Assembly (NCBI GenBank): GCA_965233585.1
Contig: CBDDTI010000745.1
Coordinates: forward strand, 32,001 to 96,000
DNA from: a bacterium
Lineage (GTDB): Bacteria > SAR324 > NAC60-12
Direction of reading: 5' to 3'
DNA: 64,000 nt
A model generated the notes under the pieces. It was given only the letters and a program-made list of their open reading frames with translations, was not told the origin of the DNA and did not search any database. This document shows positions 29,774 to 38,497 of the stretch, one piece after another. Every line of letters begins with the position of its first letter. The stretch's first letter is position 1. Both the position numbers and the translations under genes were made by a program.

Positions 29774-32728
29774 TCAAGGACCAAATGCCCAGACATCGTT
29801 TTGGTAGTTAGAAAAACTTCCACTACTTGAATCAGCTCCTCCTAGCACCCAGATTTTGTCCTTAAAAACAACGTTGGCATGACTCAGACGTGCTGACCAA
29901 CCTGCTGAAGCAGTGACTTTTGTCCAATTTACTCCGTCAGAAGAACTCCAAACATCGTTTTTGTGTCCGCTACCATATCCTCCCAGCACCCAGATTTTGC
30001 CATCAAACACAATACTGCTGTGCCTATCCCTTGCTGACCAACCTGCTGAATTAGTCTCTCTCGTCCAATTCTTTCCATCGGAAGAACTCCAGACATCGTT
30101 TTTGAATCCGCCATCATCTCCTCCCAGCACCCAGATTTTGTTTTTGAAGACAACGCTGGTGTGGGCAAGTCGTTTTGACCAACCTGCTGAATTGGTCTCT
30201 CTTGTCCAAGTTTGTCCATCAGAAGAACTCCAGACATCGTTAAATTTGTTATGGTTCTTCATTCCCCCTAGCACCCAGATTTTGTTTTTGAACACGACAC
30301 TTGTATGACGACTTCGTCCCCAGTTTGCTGAATATTTTGTCCAAATTTGTCCATCAGAAGAGTTCCACACGAAGTTTCTGCCACTATGCCCACCAGTATC
30401 GCCTCCTAGTAACCAGATTTTGTTTTTGAACACGACACTTGTACCAAGATGAAGGTTAGACCGACCTGTTGAACTGGAGACCCTTTGCCAACTCACACCA
30501 TCAGAAGAGTTCCACACATCATTTTTATTATGCCACCCTTCCATGACCCAGATTTTGTTGTTAAAAACGACGCTAGTATGCCCCCAACGGTCTGACCACC
30601 CCTGGTTATTATTGGCTTTGATTTGCTTCCAAGTGTATTTTGAGACGTCAACTGATGGATTGGAAGATTGAGAGATGAGGACGTCATCAAAGTGATTGAC
30701 AATGGTAGAGTGGTTGAAGCTGTCAAAGCGAATGCCTGCATCCTGTCCCCAGCTATTCCATTGATAGTTTAGATCTACTTTGTCAGTGTCGTCTTCACAG
30801 AGGTATTGGTTGTTGACGTACTTTTTGACTTTTTTGGTAGAAAAATCAAATTCCATTTTGAGATGAAACCACTGACCAGAAGCGACTTGACCTTTTTCTC
30901 CACCTTTACAAACGACCTCAATCTGACCGTTGCTTTGACGAGTGATGCCAATGTGTCCTGCCTCTTCTGCTTGGTTCTTTAGTTCTATCCCCCCAAGGTA
31001 GCCATTGCTTCCTGCACTGACGAACTTCATTTTTGCTGAAACGGTGGTTTTTTGTGGGAAGTCAGTGCTGAAGTCTTTACGGATTGCCGCCACCCAGCTT
31101 TGCCTGCCAACCACTCTGAAGTAACGATTCCCTGCAGACTCTTCTACCCGTTGATGTGAAGACCCTAAACCACTGTAGATGATTGCATAGCCGGCTGGTC
31201 GTGTGTTGACACTCACTGATTCAAAGTCTTGGCTATAAATGGCTTGACTATTGGAAGAAGAAGTCGTTGGAAACTGCACCTCATCAATCCAAGTGGCATC
31301 GCTTCCTTCACTGCTAGAGCTGTCTTTCTCGTAGCACCATTTGAAGGTGTGGCTTCCAGCAGAGACATCAAAACTGGCTTGTGTCCAGCCAATCGTGCCA
31401 CTTTTGTATAATTTTTGGCTAGAATCAATGTAAAAGCGGAGCCAGTCCCAATTTTGTTCTGAACTCACTTTGTAGTGAAACTTAATCTGTCCAGCTGAAA
31501 CGGTTTGGGTAGTTTGAACACAAGTTTCTTGGTCGTCACTGATGCTTGATGACTTCAAACTTTTAAAGGTGTTATTTGCACCCCCCATGACCACCGACCA
31601 GTTGCCACTTAAACCATTAGGCTTGTAGCCATTGTCAAAATTCCAAGTGGTGACTTGACCTGAAGAATTAGCTTTGGCAGAAATGGCTTGGTCGTAGCAA
31701 GTCCAGTTTGATGCGGGAGTGTTGCCAGAGGCTTTCACACGGACGCACAGCTTGCCTGATGCGATGGCATCATCACCAAAAGCAAAGGGACTGGTGCAGC
31801 TACTTGGACTTGTGCCACCATTTTTAGAGCATTCATAGCTGTTGCCTGAAGTTTTGTTAAAGGTGAGGCTTCTGCCAGACACAGCAAGGGAAGTTGGTGC
31901 ACTGGGCAGAGTGTTGACAGCAGAGCTTTGTTGGTAAGCACTCCAGTCTCCGTCATCATCTTTGGCTCGGACTCGGAAGGTGTAGCTGGTGGCAGGTTGA
32001 AGGGATTGAAAGGTGTAGGTCGTGTTGGCTGTCGTACTTGTGCCTGACCAGAATCCATTGCCTATTTTGTAGGAGACTTCATAGCCTGAAATGCTACCGT
32101 CAGAGTCTGTGGCTGCAGTCCATGAGACTTTGATGCTGTCTGCAGTGACATCGCTGGTGCTGATGTTGCTCGGTTTTTCAGGTGGTTTGTTGGCAGCATA
32201 AGAGTCTGGAAAGTTGACTTCGTCAATCCAAGCGGCATCGCTTCCTCCGCTTACGTGGTCGTCTTTCTGGTAGCACCATTTGAAGGTGTGACTTCCAGCC
32301 GAGACAGCATAGCTGGCTTGTGTCCAGCCGATGTTTCCACTTTTGCCACCTAGCTTTTCAGCAGAGTCAATGTAGAAGAAGAGTTCGTCATAATTTTGTT
32401 CTGAACTGACTTTGTATTGAAATTCTACGTTTCCAGCCGAGACATTGCGTGTGGTTTGGACGCAGGTTTGTTGATTGTTGCCAATGTTTGCAGACTTGAG
32501 GCTTTTGGAAGTGTTGTTTGCCCCGCCAGAGACAACAGACCAGTTGCCTGTTAAGCCATTTGGCTTATTGCCGTTGTCAAAGTTCCAAGTGCCTGCTTGG
32601 CTGACTTCGTTTTCTTCTTCTGAAAATTTTGAAAAACCTGAAGTTTCTGAAGTGTTGAGATTATCCCAGTTACAACCACCGAAGACTAGCACGATTAAAA
32701 ACGAATAGATGAAAAATTTCATGTTCAT
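29774..32728 (-). CDS. Surface lipoprotein with two beta-sandwich modules, FN3 and C-terminal Kelch-like propeller
   Basis: Own signal peptide and lipobox MNMKFFIYSFLIVLVFGGC; FN3 (SYTFRVRAKD); repeats HTSVVFKNKIWVLGG...NDVWSSSDG. Confidence 0.8.
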   Translation of the reverse strand: MNMKFFIYSFLIVLVFGGCNWDNLNTSETSGFSKFSEEENEVSQAGTWNFDNGNKPNGLTGNWSVVSGGANNTSKSLKSANIGNNQQTCVQTTRNVSAGNVEFQYKVSSEQNYDELFFYIDSAEKLGGKSGNIGWTQASYAVSAGSHTFKWCYQKDDHVSGGSDAAWIDEVNFPDSYAANKPPEKPSNISTSDVTADSIKVSWTAATDSDGSISGYEVSYKIGNGFWSGTSTTANTTYTFQSLQPATSYTFRVRAKDDDGDWSAYQQSSAVNTLPSAPTSLAVSGRSLTFNKTSGNSYECSKNGGTSPSSCTSPFAFGDDAIASGKLCVRVKASGNTPASNWTCYDQAISAKANSSGQVTTWNFDNGYKPNGLSGNWSVVMGGANNTFKSLKSSSISDDQETCVQTTQTVSAGQIKFHYKVSSEQNWDWLRFYIDSSQKLYKSGTIGWTQASFDVSAGSHTFKWCYEKDSSSSEGSDATWIDEVQFPTTSSSNSQAIYSQDFESVSVNTRPAGYAIIYSGLGSSHQRVEESAGNRYFRVVGRQSWVAAIRKDFSTDFPQKTTVSAKMKFVSAGSNGYLGGIELKNQAEEAGHIGITRQSNGQIEVVCKGGEKGQVASGQWFHLKMEFDFSTKKVKKYVNNQYLCEDDTDKVDLNYQWNSWGQDAGIRFDSFNHSTIVNHFDDVLISQSSNPSVDVSKYTWKQIKANNNQGWSDRWGHTSVVFNNKIWVMEGWHNKNDVWNSSDGVSWQRVSSSTGRSNLHLGTSVVFKNKIWLLGGDTGGHSGRNFVWNSSDGQIWTKYSANWGRSRHTSVVFKNKIWVLGGMKNHNKFNDVWSSSDGQTWTRETNSAGWSKRLAHTSVVFKNKIWVLGGDDGGFKNDVWSSSDGKNWTRETNSAGWSARDRHSSIVFDGKIWVLGGYGSGHKNDVWSSSDGVNWTKVTASAGWSARLSHANVVFKDKIWVLGGADSSSGSFSNYQNDVWAFGP

Positions 32729-32850
32729 TGTGTTGTTTTGAATTAAAAATTTAAAGAAGCAAAAGATGTTTGTGCACATTCCCCTCTCTACATTCTCTTG
32801 CAGTCTAGCACAGGTACAAAAAAACACAAGACTAATCTTAGGATAAAAGT

Positions 32851-34795
32851 GAGATTGTGGGTCAAGTTCAGCAATGGCATCATCGCCAAAACTAAAGGGG
32901 CTGTTGCAGTTGGTTTTGGTTGTGCCAGCATCTTTGGAGCATTCATAGCTGCTGCCTGAAGTCATCATAAAAGTCAGGCTTCTAGCAGAGACAGCAAGCG
33001 CAGTTGGTGCATTGGGTGCAGTGCTGACAGCCGTGCTTTGTTGGTAAGCACTCCAGTCTCCCTCGTCATCTTTGGCACGAACACGGAAGGTGTAGCTGGT
33101 GTTAGGCTGGAGTGATTGAAAAGTGTAGGTTGTGCTAGCTGTCATGCTTGTTCCTGTCCAGAATCCATCACCTGCTTTGTAAGATATTTCATAGTTTGCA
33201 ACAATGACTCCGTCAGAATCTGTGGCAGCAGACCATGAAACCTTGATACTGGAGCCTGTCACTTGGCTGGTGCTGATGGTGCTTGGTTTGCTGGGTGGTT
33301 GATTGGCGGCTTCAAGCGTCTGGACAGGCTTGCTTTCTTCATAATCACTCCAAGCATTTTCATCATCTTTGGCACGGACACGAAAGGTGTAGCTGGTTTC
33401 TGCTTGCAATCCAGAGACGATGACGTTTGTTTGAGTGGTGTCTGTGCCGACTTGCCAGTTTCCGTTGCCTGTTTTGTGAGAGACCTCATAACCTGTCACC
33501 TGCCCGTCAGCGTCTGCAGAAGGTGACCAACTGAACTGCAAACTATTAGAGGTCACTTGGCTAATCTTCAAGTCTTCTGGCTTCTCTGGCTCTTGATTCT
33601 TCGCAACAACGGCATTGACCAAGTCCTTCGTCAGCGTCAAATTCTTGTTCAATGTAAACTTCACATTCGTGTTTTTGTCTAGTTTAAAAGGCTTACTCCG
33701 AATCAAAGTTTGACCTGTGTCTAAACTGACCACAGAAAAGAAGAAGTCATTAGCATTCCCGTTAGGATAATGCCTTCCGTTGACTAAAATCATCTTGAAA
33801 TTGCTATCGTCCTTGTTCAAATCTGGACAACTGCATTCTACATTAAACAACGCCTCATCGCTGTTTCTCACGGTCAGCATCACATCTTGGTCAGAAGAGT
33901 TGAGAAAGTTGATTTTTGCCACGCTCAAGACTTGTTGTTCAGGAATGATGACTCGTTTTTTGTCATCTTTGTTAAAGACTAGATTCTTCACAAGGACAGG
34001 ATTTTGGAAGTCAATCTCTCCTGCATCTGTGTGCGGATAAAACATCAGCAGTCTAGCACCGACAGGAATCTTGATTCGGTAGTTCAGTTCCTTGCTAGCA
34101 ATGACGCCAATTTGCTGATTCTGCGAACTCCCTTGAAAAATAGAGACCTTCTCATCACGATTGTTTCGCACCAGCAAGATGCCATAGTCTGACTTGGACT
34201 CCTCAGTGCCTATCACAAAACTGGATTTGGCTGATGGAATGAACCCACTTTGCATAAAAGCCGTTGGCATTTGGGAATCCTCGCAGTCTGCTTTAAAATA
34301 GTCTTGCACGGCTGGCATCTTGAAGGCGAACACGGTGACGATGGAACTCGTTCTTTTGGAAACGTCCACTTTGACCCCTTTCTGCTTGGCGCCAATGACA
34401 GCAATCACATCGTCAGTATTTAGATTGCTGGAATACGAAAGCAGGACATCTTGACCCAGTGAATTGAAGATGGCAAGGTTGCCTGTGCCTTGCGTCAGGG
34501 CTTGGGGAATCTCCAGACACACCGACTCGCCTGACTCTTTTTCTTGCGTCGCAGCGGTGTGTTTGGCTGACACTGACACAGCACCATCTTCACCGCAGCC
34601 AATCAAAACACTGAAGCACAGCAGAAGCGAACATTTTTTTAAGAATGTTGAGGGTTTGAGGAACGATGCCAGAATCTTTTTGACATCAATCTCCTTTCTG
34701 TTTTTCAAGAAGGAGGGTTGAGGGAACGATGCCAAAGCATCAGTGCAGGACACAACTGCTTGGGAAAACATGTTGATTGTACGAAATGCAAACAT
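32851..34795 (-). pseudogene. FN3-containing lipoprotein truncated at a REP remnant and read in frame into the next gene
   Basis: Lipobox VLIGC, two FN3 domains; homology to the downstream paralog stops at FGDDAIA where CATTGCTGAACTTGACCCACAATCTC begins. Confidence 0.7.
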
Positions 34796-34816
34796 TTGAT
34801 GGACTCCATGAGAGGT

Positions 34817-34850
34817 GAAACAAAACAACAGCACCCCCTGCGGGTGCTGT
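34817..34850 (-). terminator. Intrinsic terminator-like hairpin upstream of the FN3 gene
   Basis: ACAGCACCC-GCAGG-GGGTGCTGT followed by TGTTTTGTTT on minus strand. Confidence 0.55.
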
Positions 34851-35135
34851 CACACGAAAAACTCCCCTCTTGAAATGAAAACCTCATTTGTTTTCAAGAT
34901 GAGAGTTTTGCGAAAAGCCAAAACGGGCATTATGCACGTACAAAAAAAAAACAAGCCAACGTTTTTAATTTTTGGGTCATTTTTTAGTTTTTTAAGGAAT
35001 TTTGAAGATTTTTTGTCAAAGGAATGTCTTTGGGAAGTCAGGAAAGATGCGGGTTAAAGACATTCCGAAAAAAATTTAAGGAATTTTGAAGATTTTTCAA
35101 AAAAATTGGAAAATTGAATAGGTTGGGAGAAAAGA

Positions 35136-35454
35136 GAGATGGCGGGTCAAGGTGAGCAATGAAAGGGGGAATGAGGAAAAGAAGAGATTGCGGGTCAAGC
35201 CCGCAATGACGGTTTTCAAGGTGAGCGATGACGAAAAGACACGCCTACAAAACCTCTCAGTCATTCCGTGCTTGATGCGGAATCTATCCTAAACCAAGCA
35301 CAGATTCCTAACTTGACTGGATTCCTGCTTTCGCAGGAATGACTAAGTTCAAGGTGAGCAATGACCAAAGACAAGGTGTTTCAATTCCCCTCTGACAAGA
35401 GGCAGTGTTCACTGAAGGGGAATAAGAAGACGAAAAGACAAAGCCCGCAATGAC
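35136..35454. repeat. REP-like palindrome cluster 6
   Basis: GAGATTGCGGGTCAAGCCCGCAATGAC; GTCATTCCGTGCTTGATGCGGAATC...GGATTCCTGCTTTCGCAGGAATGAC. Confidence 0.9.
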
Positions 35455-35480
35455 AAAAAGACAGTTTTTTGATTCAAAAA

Positions 35481-38189
35481 CTATTCTTTCAAAGACCCAT
35501 CTGCTTTTAACTTCAGCACCCAAACATCGCTTTTACCTGCCCCTTTGCTTTCCGTGCTTCCTGCCACTGCCAAGCCTCCATCTGCCGTCTGAATGATGGA
35601 ACGAGCCACGTCCGAAGACCTTCCACCGAATGTTTTGTCCCAGATCAAATTGCCTGACTTGTCTAACTTCAAAACCCAAACATCACGAAAACCTGCCCCT
35701 TTGCTGCCAGTGTACCCTGCAATGGCAAAGCCTCCGTCTGTTGTCTGAATGATGGAATGAGCCTTGTCCTCATTACTTCCGCCAAAGGTCTTGTCCCAAA
35801 GCAAGTTGCCTGATCCGTCTAACTTCAGCACCCAAAAATCCCAATCACCTGCCCCTTTGCCGTAAGTGTAACCTGCAATGGCAAAGCCTCCGTCTGTTGT
35901 CTGAATGATGGAATGAGCCTTGTCCTCATTACTTCCGCCAAAGGTCTTGTCCCAAAGCAAGTTGCCTGATCCGTCTAACTTCAGCACCCAAACATCTTCT
36001 TGACCTGCCCCTTTGCTGCCAGTGTACCCTGCAATGGTAAGTCCTCCATCTGCTGTCTGGGCGATGGAATAAGCACTGTCCCAATCACTTCCTCCGAATG
36101 TTTTGTCCCAAAGCAAGTTGCCTGACTTGTCTAACTTCAGCACCCAAACATCGCTTTTACCTGCCCCTTTGCTTTCCGTGTACCCTGCAATGGCAAGTCC
36201 TCCATCTGCTGTCTGGGTGATGGAATAAGCCCAGTCCGAATTACTTCCGCCAAAGGTCTTGTCCCAGAGAAGCCTGCCTGACTTGTCTAACTTCAGCACC
36301 CAAACATCACTAAAACCTGCCCCTTTGCTTTTAGTGTAACCTACAATGGCAAGTCCTCCATCTGCTGTCTGAGTGATGGAATAAGCCTTGTCCTCATTAC
36401 TTCCGCCAAAGGTCTTGTCCCAGAGTAAGTTGCCTGACTTGTCTAACTTCAGCACCCAAATATCATTATAAGAGGAATCTTTGCTCGTGACTCCTGCAAT
36501 GGCAAGTCCTCCATCTGCTGTCTGAATGATGGAATGAGCCTTGTCCCTCATATTTCCGCCAAAGGTCTTGTCCCAGTTCGGTAAAAATAGGATTTTTTGT
36601 TGAAGTTTTGCGATGGTGGTTGGGTCTGTACCCGCTTTCTCTAGTTCTTGAATAGATTGCTTGGCTTGTTTGAAGTGTCCTTGGGCGATATAGAGTTCAA
36701 TTTGAGCGATTTGAAAGAATTGAGGGTCGTCTCCTTCAATCTCCCAGTCCAGCAGAAAGTCAGTGGCTTCGTCAAGTTTTTGTTCTCTGATGAGCTTTCT
36801 GAGGTTGGCAAGTTTGAGTTGCCTTGCCTGCAAGTTTTTTTCACTTTGTGAGAATCGTTTGCCCCAAGAACTTGCTAGCTCCCAGTTGTCTTGCATTCTG
36901 TCAGGGTATCCTTGTTGAAAGTTCTGCTCTGCCGCCATCAAATCCAGCTGAATGGCTAAGGCAAACAAAGCCACCACATGCGGATGCTGGGCATGGTGTT
37001 CTGCCAAAGAGTCAAGTTTGTTCCAAAGTGCATTGTCTCGTTCTGATTCAAAGTTGATTCTCTTTTTATTGTCAGAAAGTTGGTAACGGATGGGATTTTG
37101 GTTGTTGATGCGTGTTTGGAGGTCTTGTTGAACGGGGTTGATGACAAAGTTGCGTGCATAGCCTGATTGGGGGTAATCTTTGATGAGCGTTTGCTTAGCA
37201 GATTCTGCTCGGTCGTTTAAGTTTTTCTTTTTGGCAAGCAAGTATCGTTTGTAAAGTTTGACTGCTTGCGGGTCTTCGTTGCTGGCATTGGGTGGAGGTG
37301 GAGGTGGCAAGGCAGTTTGCTGTGCAATTTGTTCTTGTGTGATTGCTGTGTTTTCTGCTTCTTGCGGTTGACTTTGCCAGTGAGTGAGTTGTTCGTCTGC
37401 TTGCTGGCGGAGAGATTCGTCTTGTGTAGAAAAAGGGTTGTTTGCCTGATAGCTTTCTTTGAATTGTTGCCACGTTTGAATCTTGAGTTTGGTAGCAATG
37501 TTGCCTTGTTGCATCTGTTGGATTTTGTCAAAGTTTGCTTGCATCTGTTGTTGCCAGAGTTGCCACTCTTTTTTGATTTGGGTGAGTTGTCTGTTGGCTT
37601 GGTCTTGTTGCTGTGCTTGTTGCAAGAGAGTTGTCAGGTCTTCGTTGGTCTGGGCTTTGGGTGCTTTGCCAAAGCTGAGTCTGATGCCGATGCGGTCGTT
37701 GTCATTGTTATTGTTATTGTCAGGAGTTTTGTCTTTTTGGCATGCGGGAGTGTCGTTGGGATAGGTTTGGCAGATGTCTTTGCGTTTGTCAGGCAAGGCA
37801 CGGTGCAGTGCCTGAAGCATGGCAGGTTGGAATCCGCCTGAATCGCTGGCATAGCCATTTAATCCCTCCCCACGCAATGCGACTAAAACCCCAGATTCTT
37901 CTTGCGAGGCAAAGACTTCATAAAAGCAGGCATCTGCACTGGCACCTCCTGCGGGAATCGGTTGCACTTTCTTCACAAATTGAGAGATTAGCGAAAGCGA
38001 GACGTTCGCCAGCTTCTGCTTGTCAAAATGTTCTGCCTTAGCTTGTACCGCCACGTAGCAGGTTTTTGCCAATGCTGTTGATGGTGTCATCAAGATTGAC
38101 GATGCGACGAATGATGAAGCTGTCCCTAATGAAACAACAAAGGTTTTGGTGATGAAAGTTTTGGTGATGATTTCTTTTAGTGTTGTCAT
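35481..38189 (-). CDS. Secreted protein: Q-rich helical region plus seven 49-aa beta-propeller repeats
   Basis: Signal-like ..PSTALA; repeats WDKTFGG..D.A.SI.QT.DGG.AIAG.T..KGAG..D.WVLKLD.SG. Confidence 0.85.
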   Translation of the reverse strand: MTTLKEIITKTFITKTFVVSLGTASSFVASSILMTPSTALAKTCYVAVQAKAEHFDKQKLANVSLSLISQFVKKVQPIPAGGASADACFYEVFASQEESGVLVALRGEGLNGYASDSGGFQPAMLQALHRALPDKRKDICQTYPNDTPACQKDKTPDNNNNNDNDRIGIRLSFGKAPKAQTNEDLTTLLQQAQQQDQANRQLTQIKKEWQLWQQQMQANFDKIQQMQQGNIATKLKIQTWQQFKESYQANNPFSTQDESLRQQADEQLTHWQSQPQEAENTAITQEQIAQQTALPPPPPPNASNEDPQAVKLYKRYLLAKKKNLNDRAESAKQTLIKDYPQSGYARNFVINPVQQDLQTRINNQNPIRYQLSDNKKRINFESERDNALWNKLDSLAEHHAQHPHVVALFALAIQLDLMAAEQNFQQGYPDRMQDNWELASSWGKRFSQSEKNLQARQLKLANLRKLIREQKLDEATDFLLDWEIEGDDPQFFQIAQIELYIAQGHFKQAKQSIQELEKAGTDPTTIAKLQQKILFLPNWDKTFGGNMRDKAHSIIQTADGGLAIAGVTSKDSSYNDIWVLKLDKSGNLLWDKTFGGSNEDKAYSITQTADGGLAIVGYTKSKGAGFSDVWVLKLDKSGRLLWDKTFGGSNSDWAYSITQTADGGLAIAGYTESKGAGKSDVWVLKLDKSGNLLWDKTFGGSDWDSAYSIAQTADGGLTIAGYTGSKGAGQEDVWVLKLDGSGNLLWDKTFGGSNEDKAHSIIQTTDGGFAIAGYTYGKGAGDWDFWVLKLDGSGNLLWDKTFGGSNEDKAHSIIQTTDGGFAIAGYTGSKGAGFRDVWVLKLDKSGNLIWDKTFGGRSSDVARSIIQTADGGLAVAGSTESKGAGKSDVWVLKLKADGSLKE
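35490..36576 (-). repeat. Coding tandem repeat, ~147-bp unit x7
   Basis: Recurrent TTGTCCCA...GTCTAACTTCAGCACCCAAA at ~147-bp spacing. Confidence 0.9.
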
Positions 38190-38497
38190 GGCTTTTTGAA
38201 ATGATGATGCTTGATGATGGATTTTTTTTGATGCCTTGATGATAGACTTTTTGGTTTCTTTTTTTTGGATTTGAGAGTTGAGTTTTGGGTGTTGTCATCG
38301 TTTCACATGTAAATTTTGGCAAAAAAGGTTTCAGTGTATTTTGTTTGATTTTGGATTTCAAGGTTTTGGTGGTGTCTTGGCAGATGATTTGAATTTGGAC
38401 AAATGTTGTGAAGCCTACGTGAAATGAAGACAGTTTTTGCAATTTGGGCAAAAAGTGCTAACATCATTAGTAGTCAACCCAGTACAGAGAGTATCAA

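Noticed and set aside
29774..34834. Single 1686-aa giant adhesin
   Set aside because: Internal REP remnant, intergenic-like linker and a second lipoprotein signal indicate two genes.
35490..36576. Second CRISPR-like array
   Set aside because: Unit length is a multiple of 3, in frame within a CDS, with no unique spacers.
38038..38451. 137-aa ORF upstream of the propeller-repeat gene
   Set aside because: Low-complexity K/T/N-rich frame overlapping the real gene start; no recognisable motif.
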